From positions 32,001 to 96,000 of the forward strand of contig JBMNLH010000007.1 in the NCBI GenBank assembly GCA_050952625.1: 64,000 nucleotides of DNA. The letters are read 5' to 3'. Source of the DNA: Bacillota bacterium (GTDB taxonomy: Bacteria; Bacillota; Ch66; Ch109). The notes beneath the pieces were generated by a model. The model was not told the origin of the DNA, ran no database searches, and saw only the letters and a program-made list of their open reading frames with translations. Position 1 is the stretch's first letter. Each line of letters opens with the position of its first letter. Below are positions 12,167 through 22,895 of this stretch, one piece after another. Both the position numbers and the translations under genes were made by a program.

Positions 12167-12910
12167 TTAGCTAGTATGTCTTTGGCGCAGGGCCTCATAT
12201 AATACCACTCCGGCGGCAACGGAGGCATTTAGGGAATTTATTTGACCCCGCATCGGCAATCTAACTAGCAGATCACACTTCTCCTGAACCAGCCGGCTTA
12301 GTCCCTTACCTTCTCCGCCGATTACCAGAACAAGCCCACCGGTATAATCTGCTTCATGATATTGTTGGGAAGCTTCACCGGTAGCCCCAATCACCCAACA
12401 GCCGTGCTCTTTCAAAGACTCCAGAGTCCGGACCAGATTCACCACCCGAGCAACTGGCACTAGATCAACCGCCCCGGCCGAGGTTCGAGCCACGGTAGCG
12501 TTTAGCTGAACCGACCGACGTTTTGGGATAATCACGCCGTGCGCACCAACACCCTCCACCGTGCGTAAGATACTTCCCATATTCTGCGGGTCCTCCAGGC
12601 CATCTAAGACTACTATCCAGGGTGGCTCTTCTTTAGTTCGCGCCAGTTCCAAAATGTCTTCTACCTCAACGTATTCCCGCGGGGCAGCCCAGGCCACCAC
12701 TCCTTGATGATTAAGTCCGTTCGCCTGTCGGTCCAGATAGACCTTTTCCGCTTCAACTACCGGTATTCCTTGCCCTCGAGCCAACCGTCTAATTTCGCGC
12801 AAGGAATCGTCCTCGACTCCACGGGCAATCACAACTCGATTAACTGGTCGACCAGCCCGCAAGATTTCAAGCACTGGCCGTCTGCCCGCCCGAATTTCCT
12901 TATCCTGCAT
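12167..12910 (-). CDS. rlmB: 23S rRNA (Gm2251) methyltransferase, TrmH/SpoU family
   Basis: NHQGVVA, LDGLEDPQNMGSILRT, GGEGKG, SLNASVAAGV. Confidence 0.93.
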   Translation of the reverse strand: MQDKEIRAGRRPVLEILRAGRPVNRVVIARGVEDDSLREIRRLARGQGIPVVEAEKVYLDRQANGLNHQGVVAWAAPREYVEVEDILELARTKEEPPWIVVLDGLEDPQNMGSILRTVEGVGAHGVIIPKRRSVQLNATVARTSAGAVDLVPVARVVNLVRTLESLKEHGCWVIGATGEASQQYHEADYTGGLVLVIGGEGKGLSRLVQEKCDLLVRLPMRGQINSLNASVAAGVVLYEALRQRHTS

Positions 12911-13082
12911 TAATCAACAGATCCCCTCAATTTAATAATATGTTGCTAACAATGGATATAGAAGTATATTATACCATTAATCTAACCTTACCGTACAAGC
13001 CCTTATTATTGAGTATTTGTCAAAAATTTTATTTTATGGCACAGTATTAAGGGAATCACCCGGTATCTAGAAAGGAGAATCC

Positions 13083-13772
13083 GTGATGATTATTCAGAAA
13101 CCACGAGTACTGATTCCAGAAAGCCAGCTTGATGCCGGTATTATTCGAAAACTAGAGCGTTATGCCCGAGTTTGTTATAAATCCGAAGATAAAATGGGAG
13201 AATACGGAGAATACAATGATAACTTTTTAAAATCAATAATCAGCCGCGGACATGAATCCGTAATCGAGCATGAAAAAGTGACCGTAATGTTTATCGTGGA
13301 TAGGGGAATTACTCATGAAATAGTCCGACACCGGATCGCCAGCTACAGCCAGGAATCAACCCGGTACTGCAACTACAGCAAAGAAAAATTTGGCAATGAG
13401 ATAACTGTTATTGAACCGTTTTTCCTGGCTGGCAAAGAAACCTTTCGGTATTGGGAGGAGGCTTGTCTCACAGCTGAGAAATGCTATCTAGCTTTACTCA
13501 AAAACAAATGCACACCCCAGGAAGCTCGTTCAGTTTTACCCAATTCCCTGAAAACAGAAATTGTTGTCACCTACAACCTGCGAGAATGGCGACATTTTTT
13601 CCGGTTGCGTTGCGCAACGCCCGCTCATCCACAGATGAAGCAGGTGACCATCCCCCTGCTCCTGCTCTTCAAGGAAAAACTGCCCTTATTGTTTGACGAT
13701 ATTGAATATGATCGGGATTTCCCGAAGGAGCACTACGCTGAGGTAGTGTTAACTGACGATTTGTTTTTCTAA
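13083..13772 (+). CDS. thyX: FAD-dependent thymidylate synthase
   Basis: GHESVIEH, THEIVRHRIASYSQESTRY signature, NLREWRHFFRLR; AAAGGAG RBS. Confidence 0.95.
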   Translation: MMIIQKPRVLIPESQLDAGIIRKLERYARVCYKSEDKMGEYGEYNDNFLKSIISRGHESVIEHEKVTVMFIVDRGITHEIVRHRIASYSQESTRYCNYSKEKFGNEITVIEPFFLAGKETFRYWEEACLTAEKCYLALLKNKCTPQEARSVLPNSLKTEIVVTYNLREWRHFFRLRCATPAHPQMKQVTIPLLLLFKEKLPLLFDDIEYDRDFPKEHYAEVVLTDDLFF

Positions 13773-13810
13773 GACTAAAGGCCCCGACTACTACGAAAAT
13801 CGAGCGCGCA

Positions 13811-13969
13811 GTGTTTTAACGAAGGTCAGCGATTGGCGATTTACATCAGAGAAACGAGGCGGCTGAGGATTAGCAGGCATCACTGCCTGAGCCCGCAGGG
13901 CGAGTTTGATGCCTGCCCGAAGCCGATGAGGTTCGTTCCGAGTCTAGCCGGCTGACTGAATTAAAACAC
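13811..13969. repeat. Long imperfect palindromic element (family C, full-length copy)
   Basis: Nested inverted arms GTGTTTTAA/TTAAAACAC, GTCAGC/GCTGAC, AACGA/TCGTT, CGGCT/AGCCG, GCAGGCATCA/TGATGCCTGC. Confidence 0.8.
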
Positions 13970-13977
13970 AAGCACCC

Positions 13978-14451
13978 CTACTTGGCGTTCTTGGCCGGCC
14001 ACGGTAATCGAGATAAAATATCGTTCAACCGCTCAAATCTTTGTTGCAGATAAAGATAACCAATCAGGCTCTCAAACCCAGTACTCCAACGGTAGTCAAC
14101 CACCCCCACGTTTCGGGGAATATGACCGGATTTAGCATTACGTCCCCGTTTCATTACCCTTTTCTCCTCATCAGTCAAGACATCTTCAATCATATGCAAA
14201 TACTGAGCCTGACAGGTAGCCCGCACCAAACTAATTGCCTCTTGGTGCAACTGATTAACCCGGATAAAACCGCGGGTCACCAAACCACAACGAACGTATA
14301 GTTCATAAACAGCATCTCCCAGATAGGCGAGGACCAACGGAGGCAAGTCTTCCGGGTCAATCTGACTCATCTGGGCGGGGACCGGAATCAGCCCAAATAC
14401 TGGCTTGTCGAATAAACCTTGTTCGGTTCTCGCGCCTTTTAAATTTTTCAC
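13978..14451 (-). CDS. mrnC: Mini-ribonuclease III
   Basis: LAYLGDAVYELYVR, KRGRNAK, STGFESLIGYLYL; follows cysS. Confidence 0.93.
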   Translation of the reverse strand: MKNLKGARTEQGLFDKPVFGLIPVPAQMSQIDPEDLPPLVLAYLGDAVYELYVRCGLVTRGFIRVNQLHQEAISLVRATCQAQYLHMIEDVLTDEEKRVMKRGRNAKSGHIPRNVGVVDYRWSTGFESLIGYLYLQQRFERLNDILSRLPWPAKNAK

Positions 14452-14640
14452 TCCTTCATTGACAACTTCATTGACAACGTCCGGTTCGGGTGGCGTATTC
14501 AGTTAAGACAATCCCCTTTCTAGCCTATATAATTTTACCTGCGTTTTAAGACAACTAGCTCTTCCTTCTGCCCTGGTCAAACATCCTAATCAGCATTAAA
14601 ACATTTCAGCCCAATATCTAACCACTAGACGCCTCACCAA

Positions 14641-16305
14641 CTACTCTCGCCATCTGGTTCCTCGCGGGCTGTCTTCCAGGGTTATGCCGCACTGCGCCAA
14701 CTCATCTCGTATTTGATCAGCCAGGGACCACTTTTTTTGTCCCCGGGCAGTTTGACGCAGTTCAACTAATAATTCAACCAGAGAATCCGGTTCAAGCTCT
14801 GATTCTCCTATTCTAACTCGGGAACCGTGCGGAGTGTCTTCCAGGGTTATTCCCAGTTGGTTTAATCCATCCCGGATATAATCAGCAGTCGCCCAGTCTT
14901 TTCGCTGACGCGCCTCCTGGCGCAGGTTCATCGTCAAATTAATCAATTCATCTAGCTTCTGAGCACGTTCAGGACCGGCCGCCCCTCGAAACTCTCTCCG
15001 TTGTCGCAAGAATGCGGGATCAAGGCCTAACACCCCTAATGTTTCAGTCAAAGCCTGTCGTCCCAGAGCCAAGGCTTTGCTTTCATTCTCGTCTGGCTGC
15101 CGGCCACTGCGCACAACTTCGTTAATCAAAGAATTAATCTCGTGCGATAGCTCAAAGAGAGAGGCAGTGGCCCGCGCGGTGTTAAAATCATCATCCATTG
15201 CCTCGATAAACTCTTGCCGAGATCGTTCGATTTGCTCAATCAACCGCATCCATTGGCTTTGGTCACTTCCGGTCCCAGTTGGGAATCGAACCGTTTCCCC
15301 GCCGGCCGTTCCCAACAGTTCATCCAGGAGATCAAGACTGGTTTTCAATCTTTCCAAGCTCCTTCGACTCATCTCCAGTTTACCGTCATCAAAATCCAAC
15401 GGGCTGCGATAATGGGTAGATAAGAGATAAAAACGAACTACCTGGGGCGGAAATTTATCGATAATATCCCTGACCAAAAAAAAGTTGCCGAGTGACTTGG
15501 ACATCTTCTCCTGATTAACGGTAATGAAACCATTATGCAACCAGTAGCGGCAAAATGGGCCTTGCTCGGCGAAAGCCTCTGATTGGGCAATTTCATTTTC
15601 GTGGTGCGGAAAAATGAGGTCACTACCGCCACCATGGATATCAAAGCCAAAACCAAGATACTTTAACGACATGGCCGAACACTCAATATGCCATCCGGGA
15701 CGCCCGGGTCCCCAGGGACTAGCCCAAGCCGGTTCGCCTTCCTTAGCTGCCTTCCACAACGCAAAGTCCATTGGGTTGTGCTTGCGTTCATCCACCTCTA
15801 CCCGGGCACCGGCCTGGAGGTCCTCCAGAGAACGGCCCGACAATTTTCCATATTCCGCAAACCGTTCCACCGAGTAGTAGACATCGCCAGCCACTTGATA
15901 AGCATACCCTTTCTCTAGCAGCCCCTCAATCATCGCAATAATCTCGGGCAAGTGCTCACTGACTCTAGGATGAACCTTGGCCCGCTGCACATTCAGCGCA
16001 TCTGCATCCTGAAAATACTCTTCGATATACCTTTGGGCCAACTTATTAGGCTCTTCCCCTTCTTCTCGGGCTCGGTTGATGATCTTATCATCAATATCGG
16101 TAAAGTTTTGAATGTAATCAACCTGATAGCCCCGATACTCCAAATAACGGCGAATAGTGTCAAAAACTACTAAGGGGCGGGCATTTCCCAAGTGAATAAA
16201 ATTATAGGTGGTTGGTCCGCAAACATACATCCCAACCCGGCCGGGGTTAGATGATATGAATTCCTCTTTTCGCCGGGTTAGCGTATTGTACATCTTCAAA
16301 CTCAT
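14641..16305 (-). CDS. cysS: Cysteine--tRNA ligase with duplicated C-terminal module
   Basis: [28 protein letters not shown]. Confidence 0.98.
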   Translation of the reverse strand: MSLKMYNTLTRRKEEFISSNPGRVGMYVCGPTTYNFIHLGNARPLVVFDTIRRYLEYRGYQVDYIQNFTDIDDKIINRAREEGEEPNKLAQRYIEEYFQDADALNVQRAKVHPRVSEHLPEIIAMIEGLLEKGYAYQVAGDVYYSVERFAEYGKLSGRSLEDLQAGARVEVDERKHNPMDFALWKAAKEGEPAWASPWGPGRPGWHIECSAMSLKYLGFGFDIHGGGSDLIFPHHENEIAQSEAFAEQGPFCRYWLHNGFITVNQEKMSKSLGNFFLVRDIIDKFPPQVVRFYLLSTHYRSPLDFDDGKLEMSRRSLERLKTSLDLLDELLGTAGGETVRFPTGTGSDQSQWMRLIEQIERSRQEFIEAMDDDFNTARATASLFELSHEINSLINEVVRSGRQPDENESKALALGRQALTETLGVLGLDPAFLRQRREFRGAAGPERAQKLDELINLTMNLRQEARQRKDWATADYIRDGLNQLGITLEDTPHGSRVRIGESELEPDSLVELLVELRQTARGQKKWSLADQIRDELAQCGITLEDSPRGTRWRE

Positions 16306-16966
16306 CCTGTCGATCCTCCATCTCTACCATTTTCTTTTCCAGGAATTCAATGCGCTGCTGCAGGTTGCTAATCAAATCGGCAACTGGGTCCGGCAACAAA
16401 TGATGCTGCAAATCAACGCTTTCATGTTCCGTTAGTTTGCGTCCATTAAACGCAACTACCTTTCCCGGCACCCCGACTACGGTGCAATTTGCGGGTACGC
16501 TACTTAACACTACTGAACCTGAGCCAATTTTAACATTATCCCCGACCGAAAAGGAACCCAATACTTTAGCCCCGGTTGCGATAACCACATTGTTCCCAAT
16601 CGTCGGGTGGCGTTTGCCTTTCTCCTTACCCGTCCCGCCCAAGGTTACTCCTTGATATAGGGTAACATTGTCACCAAGCTCAGCGGTCTCACCAATTACT
16701 ACTCCCATCCCATGGTCAATAAATAATCCTTCGCCGATTTTGGCCCCCGGGTGAATTTCGATGCCGGTCAATTGCCGGCTTAAATGAGACACAATCCGGG
16801 CTAACACAAACCTTTTCTTCAAGTATAGCCAGTGAGCTAGACGGTGAAACTGAATCGCGTGGAACCCGGGATAACACAGCAGGACTTCCCAGACACTTTT
16901 AACCGCCGGGTCTCGCTCAAATACAACCTGAATATCCTTCTTAATCCGTCTGATAAAGCGAAGCAT
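16247..16966 (-). CDS. cysE: Serine O-acetyltransferase
   Basis: [40 protein letters not shown]; overlaps cysS start. Confidence 0.97.
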   Translation of the reverse strand: MLRFIRRIKKDIQVVFERDPAVKSVWEVLLCYPGFHAIQFHRLAHWLYLKKRFVLARIVSHLSRQLTGIEIHPGAKIGEGLFIDHGMGVVIGETAELGDNVTLYQGVTLGGTGKEKGKRHPTIGNNVVIATGAKVLGSFSVGDNVKIGSGSVVLSSVPANCTVVGVPGKVVAFNGRKLTEHESVDLQHHLLPDPVADLISNLQQRIEFLEKKMVEMEDRQDEFEDVQYANPAKRGIHII

Positions 16967-17054
16967 ATGGCCACTCCCCCTTTTTTAGATTTCTGTCTTA
17001 CGTCTTCCGTTTATCCGTTTCCCACCTCACGCCTGGCACTTTACCCCTTCACCA

Positions 17055-17358
17055 AACAAAAAACCCTTCATCTCCCAATACAGAGACGAAGGGTTACTTC
17101 GCGGTTCCACCCTGTTTGGCTCTCCGGCGAGAGCCCACTCATCGATACGATTGATAGATTCGCAATCACATCAACCGTATCGGGCTGGTTAACGTCAGCC
17201 ACTTCGTCCGGACCTACGCAGTTAGGAGTTACCTACTTTCGGCCCGAAAGCTCCCGGGTGCACTTCAACGTCTACTTGATCAGGCCCGCTTTCAGCCGAT
17301 GGCGGCCCCTCTCTGAGATCAGCCAGTACGTTTACTCTCCCGTTCAAAGCCTTTCAAT
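17055..17358 (-). promoter_or_regulatory. Cys-specific T-box riboswitch
   Basis: AGAGA and GCTGAAA stem I motifs, specifier GAAG-TGC-ACC (Cys), T-box AGGGTGGAACCGCG (A pairs with U73 of tRNA-Cys), terminator with T-run; TTGACA/TATAAT promoter just upstream (~17374-17402). Confidence 0.92.
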
Positions 17359-17416
17359 TATGACTTAAGATCATTATATTGGTCTTACCCGCTGATTGTC
17401 AACCCTGGTTACTTGC

Positions 17417-17848
17417 TTAAGCACTAATATCAAACTTATTTTTAATATATTTTAAGTAATCCTCTTGGCAAGAACACTTTCCTTTATGGTCGCAGATACT
17501 AATTTTGACTCTTTCCATCAGAAGCCGTCGTACCCTTTCCGATTCATTCTCCCAAGCTCTTTGCTGCAGAAAAAGGAAACGCCAAGCGGTCCAAGCAATA
17601 GCTGATAGAAGAACGGTTGGACTAAGAAGAAACCAGGTAATTAGCCTGAATAGACTATCCGTACCGGTATAACCACTGAGCATTTTATGAAGATTACCCG
17701 CCGATATAATAAACAACAAAACGAATATTCCAAAAGCTAGCGGACTCCACTTGGCCCACCGGCAGGCCTCTTTCTGCCTTGCCTCCAGCTCTTTTTCAAT
17801 CCTGACAATCGAATGATCCACCTCAACCGGACGAGAATACTCATTCAC
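17417..17848 (-). CDS. Hypothetical two-TM membrane protein, possibly DUF2663/YpbF-like
   Basis: Two hydrophobic segments, C-terminal YIKNKFDIS ending; family call from memory only. Confidence 0.6.
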   Translation of the reverse strand: MNEYSRPVEVDHSIVRIEKELEARQKEACRWAKWSPLAFGIFVLLFIISAGNLHKMLSGYTGTDSLFRLITWFLLSPTVLLSAIAWTAWRFLFLQQRAWENESERVRRLLMERVKISICDHKGKCSCQEDYLKYIKNKFDISA

Positions 17849-18282
17849 TCTGCCGCCACCCCCTAAACAGATTTACCGAGGGTTCGACAGCCGCCATTTC
17901 TATATAGTGTTTGGTTCGTATATAACTGCTAAAAAGCTATCTAACAAAAGCCTTCGCCTTTGCCTGAGCATCTCTCTAGCTACATTTATGCACCCGGTTA
18001 TTAATCATACGGTTCTGCCAAAACCCACCGATAAAAGCTTAGATTAGCCAGCCAACTTCCTCATAACCTCACTTACAACCGACAACGACCATCCCACTTG
18101 AATACCCTTCCCAAATAGCAACGATCACAAACCGCCTCCAACTCCATACAGCAACCCGCGACAACCTATGACTGCCTACAACTTCGACTAAACCTACCTC
18201 CATTATACCATCAAGGATAGGCTTAACAATAAGTTTTTTCTTAACCATGCGAATATTCTGGTAAAATATTAAACAAGTTTAT

Positions 18283-19791
18283 TCAGTCTCGCAATCTTGC
18301 CAGGCAACCCCTTATCCCTAATAAAGGAATGACATGATACAATTCCGGGCCGTGCATCTTACCCGTTAAGCAAACCCGTAAGGGCATGAATACCTTGCGG
18401 CCACCCAGTTTTGTTTCTTTAGTTAATCGTTTCAACATCGCCTTAGCTTGCGGGACGTCTAGGCTGACGTTATCCATAACTAACGATTCTAATTGTTGTT
18501 TAAAATGGCGAATAACTAGAGGAACCTGCTCCTCCTGCAGGACCAATGCTGCCTCTTCATTTTCCGGCGTTACCTCATCACCGATTAACCCTTGAGCCTG
18601 TTCCACAATTTCGCTTAGGCAACTTAAACGATCCTGGGTTGCCTCCATCAGGAGTCTGGTCCAAGCACGTTCCTCCGCTGTAAGTTCTGGACCAAATATG
18701 CCCGCTTTTTGCAGATATGGAATAGCCAGCTCGGTCAGCTTATCCAAAGAACTTTGCCGAATGTAACAGCCATTAATCCATTTCAGCTTGTCAATATCAA
18801 AAACGGCTGGATTTTTCGCGACCCGGTCAAGCGAAAAATATTGAACTATTTCCGCCAAGCTAAGAATTTCTTCTTCTCCTGGGGGTGACCAACCCAATAA
18901 GGCCAGAAAGTTGATCAAGGCCTCTGGCAAGTACCCGGCCTCCTGATAGGCAACAACAGAGGTAGCCCCGTGCCGTTTACTCATTTTCGACCGGTCCTTG
19001 CCCAAAATAAGTGAGACATGGGCAAATTGGGGTCGAGTTAAACCTAGGGCGTCATAGATTAACAACTGTCGCGGGGTGTTAGACAAGTGTTCCTCGCCTC
19101 GAATTACGTGAGAAATCTCCATTAAGGCATCATCAATAACACAAGCAAAATTATAGACGGGAATACCATCTGATTTCACGATAACGTAATCACCCATCGT
19201 CACTGTATCAAAAGTCACTTCACCCCGGACCAGATCATTAAAAATCACCAAATGATTATCTGGTACTCGGAAACGAATCGTCGGCCGGCGGCCTTCTGCC
19301 TGCAGTTTTTCCCGCTCCTTAGTTGATAGCTTCCGGCATTTCCCTAGATAACGAGGGGTCTCCCCTTGTTCTATCAGGATTTGGCGCTCTGCTTCCAGTT
19401 CTTCCTCCGTACAGTAGCAGTAATAAGCCTTGCCTTCAGTTAATAACTGGGCCGCAAATCGCTGATAGGTATCTAGCCGTTCAGTTTGTCGGTAGGGTGC
19501 ATAATCCCCTCCAACGCCGATTCCCTCATCCCAGGTAATGCCTAACCAACGGAGAGAAGCCAGGATATTTTCCTCTGACTCCCGACTGGAACGCTCCAGA
19601 TCAGTATCCTCGATTCGAACCACAAAATTCCCACCGTATTTCCTGGCAAACAAGTAATTAAACAAGGCTGACCGGGCGCCGCCAATATGTAAAGGACCAG
19701 TCGGACTAGGCGCAAAACGAACCCGTGCCTTGACATGATCTGCCGAAACTGCCATCGCTTGCAACTCTGCCTTTCCAATTAAATTTCTCAA
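18283..19791 (-). CDS. gltX: Glutamate--tRNA ligase (true start may be ~19755)
   Basis: RVRFAPSPTGPLHIGG, IEDTD, KMSKR. Confidence 0.97.
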   Translation of the reverse strand: MRNLIGKAELQAMAVSADHVKARVRFAPSPTGPLHIGGARSALFNYLFARKYGGNFVVRIEDTDLERSSRESEENILASLRWLGITWDEGIGVGGDYAPYRQTERLDTYQRFAAQLLTEGKAYYCYCTEEELEAERQILIEQGETPRYLGKCRKLSTKEREKLQAEGRRPTIRFRVPDNHLVIFNDLVRGEVTFDTVTMGDYVIVKSDGIPVYNFACVIDDALMEISHVIRGEEHLSNTPRQLLIYDALGLTRPQFAHVSLILGKDRSKMSKRHGATSVVAYQEAGYLPEALINFLALLGWSPPGEEEILSLAEIVQYFSLDRVAKNPAVFDIDKLKWINGCYIRQSSLDKLTELAIPYLQKAGIFGPELTAEERAWTRLLMEATQDRLSCLSEIVEQAQGLIGDEVTPENEEAALVLQEEQVPLVIRHFKQQLESLVMDNVSLDVPQAKAMLKRLTKETKLGGRKVFMPLRVCLTGKMHGPELYHVIPLLGIRGCLARLRD

Positions 19792-19794
19792 TGA

Positions 19795-20298
19795 TTAATC
19801 TTTACGAACCAGTGAGGCAACCGCATAAGCGGCGATTCCTTCCCCGGTGCCGGTGAAGCCCAGACCCTCAGTGGTTGTTGCCTTAAGGCTAATTTGGTCT
19901 AGCGTGACCGCCATAATCCGGGCGAGGTTTTCTCTCATACTTTGGACATGGGGAGCTAATCGAGGCCGTTGAGCTACCACCACACTATCTAGATTACCCA
20001 ACCGCCAGCCTTTCTGATCCAGCAGCTCCTTAACCTGTTCCAAAAGGGCAACACTAGAAACACCCGCCAACTCAGGGTTAGTATCCGGAAAATGCTGACC
20101 AATGTCGCCAAGGGCCAGTGCTCCTAAAAGGGCATCCATAATGGCATGAATCAGGACATCAGCATCCGAATGCCCCAATAATCCCTTCTCAAACGGGATA
20201 GAGATGCCTCCCAGAATCAGCTTTCGCCCGGTTACGAGACGGTGTACATCGTAGCCGATACCTACTCGAACCATTATCACCCTGGAGTCAAGGTTCAT
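19795..20298 (-). CDS. ispF: 2-C-methyl-D-erythritol 2,4-cyclodiphosphate synthase
   Basis: [32 protein letters not shown]. Confidence 0.97.
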   Translation of the reverse strand: MNLDSRVIMVRVGIGYDVHRLVTGRKLILGGISIPFEKGLLGHSDADVLIHAIMDALLGALALGDIGQHFPDTNPELAGVSSVALLEQVKELLDQKGWRLGNLDSVVVAQRPRLAPHVQSMRENLARIMAVTLDQISLKATTTEGLGFTGTGEGIAAYAVASLVRKD

Positions 20299-20350
20299 AA
20301 AACCAACCTTGAATCTCCGCCTCCCTTCTATCTAATTTTCAACCTAATTT

Positions 20351-21061
20351 TCAACCACTAGTTCGAGTTCTCTGGCGACGGGCCAAAATAACCTCTGCCA
20401 GTTCCAAGTCTTCCGGAGTGGTTATTTTCAAATTTTCGTAATCACCAGTAACTAATTTAACATTGAAACCAAGTCTTTCAACCAAGGAAGCATCATCCGT
20501 ACCATAGTACTTTTCTTTAAAGGCTATTTCATAGGCTTTCTGCAATAGGTGACGATTAAAAACCTGAGGGGTCTGGACACTCCACAGACTTTGTCGATTT
20601 AGGGTTGTCCTAACTAAACCATTGGCTGTGGCTACCTTAATGGTATCTTTAACCGGTACCGCCGCCACCGCCGCGTCATGCTCCCAGGCTTCTCTGATGG
20701 TCTGCTGTAAAATATGGTCGATCAAAAGGGGCCGTGCCCCGTCGTGCACGGCCACCCATTGACAATCTTCCGGTAATGCCTGTAGTCCCCGATATACCGA
20801 ATCTTGACGTTCTTTTCCACCGGCTAGGACTGTTCTGACCTTGGAAAAACCATAATGATTGACAATCTTTTCCTGACACCAGAATACCTCTTCCGGAGCG
20901 ACGACCAAGCAAATTTCATCAATCAACGGCTCTTTCTGAAAAACCTGCAGGGTATGGACTACCAATGGTACTCCCGCCAGAGGAAGATATTGCTTATTAG
21001 TCTCAGCTTTCATCCGCCTCCCCTGACCCGCGGCGGGAATAATCGCTGTTGTTTTAGCCAA
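20351..21061 (-). CDS. ispD: 2-C-methyl-D-erythritol 4-phosphate cytidylyltransferase
   Basis: AAGQGRRM, VHDGARP, QTPQ, NLKITTPEDL. Confidence 0.97.
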   Translation of the reverse strand: MAKTTAIIPAAGQGRRMKAETNKQYLPLAGVPLVVHTLQVFQKEPLIDEICLVVAPEEVFWCQEKIVNHYGFSKVRTVLAGGKERQDSVYRGLQALPEDCQWVAVHDGARPLLIDHILQQTIREAWEHDAAVAAVPVKDTIKVATANGLVRTTLNRQSLWSVQTPQVFNRHLLQKAYEIAFKEKYYGTDDASLVERLGFNVKLVTGDYENLKITTPEDLELAEVILARRQRTRTSG

Positions 21062-22199
21062 GTAAATTCACCTCATTAACGTTCGTACCGGTACCCGGCA
21101 ACTTCTTGTCTGTGCCTCTTGGCTTAGCAAAAATCATCCGTCCCGCGGCTGTTTGAAAAACACTCGTCACAAAAACATCCACGGACTGGCCGATAAAACG
21201 GCGACCTCCGTCAATGACGATCATTGTTCCGTCATCTAAATAGCCAATCCCTTGACCGGCTTCTTTACCATCCTTAATTACTTGAACAACCATTTCTTCA
21301 CCAGGTAAAACAATCGGTTTGACTGCATTGGCCAATTCGTTGATGTTTAAAACCTTAACTCCCTGTAATTCAGCAACCTTGTTTAAATTATAGTCATTTG
21401 TCAGGATATGGCCCTGCTTGAGTTGCGCCAATCTAACCAGCTTACTGTCAACTTCAGCTAAATCTTCAAAATCATCTTCCACTACCTCAACGTTGATACT
21501 TGGGTTTTTTCGCATTTCGTTCAGAATATCCAGGCCGCGTCTGCCCCGGCTGCGTTTTAATAAATCAGAAGAATCAGCGACATGACGCAGTTCTTCAAGA
21601 ACAAAAGAAGGGACGATCAGAACCCCCTCAACAAATCCACTCTGACAAATATCAGCAATTCTTCCATCGATTATGACACTAGTATCTAAAATTTTGTATC
21701 GACCACGTAATTCACTTTTTGAGGCACGGTCCTTATCGCGTCCCCCTAAACGTGGAAAAATCGAAAAAACTGCCAACAATTCATCCTTTCTCTTCATTCC
21801 TAGTAAAAGGCCCAAATAACCTAACCCTAAACTAACGATAATAGCTAAATATCCGCCAATTACCGGAACATAAGAAAAAGAATAACCTAAAAGAGTAGCT
21901 ATTATAAGGCCGATAATCAGTCCTAGAGCACCACCCAGCAAATCCTGAGTTGGCGTTTTTTGCAGGGCATTTTCCACTCCGGCAGCCGCTTGAACCACTT
22001 TTCGCATACACCAGGGAGCAAGCGCAAAGGCTAACAAAGCTAAAATCCCTGTACTTAAACCAATTAAAGTATACTCCATCATGGATCCAACTGGGAGGAT
22101 GGAGCTAACAAAACTACTGTCCAAAACAATACTACTCAGCCAAAGCCCCAGACCACCTCCAACCAGAGTAATTATGATTCTAACCACTTTTTGTCCCAT
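21054..22199 (-). CDS. yacL: PIN/TRAM domain membrane protein (YacL family)
   Basis: N-terminal TM helices, ILDTSVIIDGRI, RGRRGLDIL, QTAAGRMIFA. Confidence 0.92.
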   Translation of the reverse strand: MGQKVVRIIITLVGGGLGLWLSSIVLDSSFVSSILPVGSMMEYTLIGLSTGILALLAFALAPWCMRKVVQAAAGVENALQKTPTQDLLGGALGLIIGLIIATLLGYSFSYVPVIGGYLAIIVSLGLGYLGLLLGMKRKDELLAVFSIFPRLGGRDKDRASKSELRGRYKILDTSVIIDGRIADICQSGFVEGVLIVPSFVLEELRHVADSSDLLKRSRGRRGLDILNEMRKNPSINVEVVEDDFEDLAEVDSKLVRLAQLKQGHILTNDYNLNKVAELQGVKVLNINELANAVKPIVLPGEEMVVQVIKDGKEAGQGIGYLDDGTMIVIDGGRRFIGQSVDVFVTSVFQTAAGRMIFAKPRGTDKKLPGTGTNVNEVNLLG

Positions 22200-22437
22200 T
22201 AAACTTTTTCACCCCCTTTCTAGCTTGGCAATTCCTAGCACTCATTATAACAACCCCGATAAACCCTGTCAAAAAGCAGGATTCCCAATCTTACGCCAGA
22301 AAGCGACTTCCTCCGTCACCCGTGTGCATTGACAATAGAAAGTACTTATCATTATAATAGTGAGTACAGTAGCAAAAATGAACCTGAGAATTCTCAGAAT
22401 CAGATTTGAGCTTTGGAGCAAAGGAGTGACCTATTGC

Positions 22438-22833
22438 ATGAAGGACCTGCTCTGCGATGAATTTCAGAATACTGTTTCCGAATTACTCATTCGACATCAC
22501 AGTATTCTTGACGTTTTATCTAAATCGCAAGAAGCTTCAGCCAGAGTAAATCGTGCTGTCATTAAGGCGGTAACCGGTTGTGGCTGCGTTCAAATAGATG
22601 CTAAGAAGAAGCTAATTCCTCCTGAGGCCTCTCTCTCCGATTTAAAAAGCTACCTGGAGAGCCATCTTCAAGGCTCACTCTGTCCTTCCTGTCAGGAAGT
22701 TGTCGAGATGGAAATTGGGAAATTGCTTTTTTACATTACTGCGCTATGTAATCTGCTGGATCTTAACTTGTATGATGTATTTCTAAAGGAACATAAAAAA
22801 ATCAGCACCCTACGCATCTTTAACTTCACTTGA
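22438..22833 (+). CDS. Conserved Firmicute hypothetical protein with Cys motifs
   Basis: MKDLLCDEFQNTVSELLIRHHSILDVLSK...GCGC...LCPSC; AAGGAG RBS; TTGACA/TATAAT promoter ~22329-22358. Confidence 0.8.
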   Translation: MKDLLCDEFQNTVSELLIRHHSILDVLSKSQEASARVNRAVIKAVTGCGCVQIDAKKKLIPPEASLSDLKSYLESHLQGSLCPSCQEVVEMEIGKLLFYITALCNLLDLNLYDVFLKEHKKISTLRIFNFT

Positions 22834-22895
22834 GACCATAAAAATTATGATCCAAACAAAACAAGATAAAGTCCATCAAACAATGGCCGATTAAC

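Noticed and set aside
16844-17368. 174-aa plus-strand ORF
   Set aside because: Antisense to the Cys T-box and cysE start; no recognisable motif
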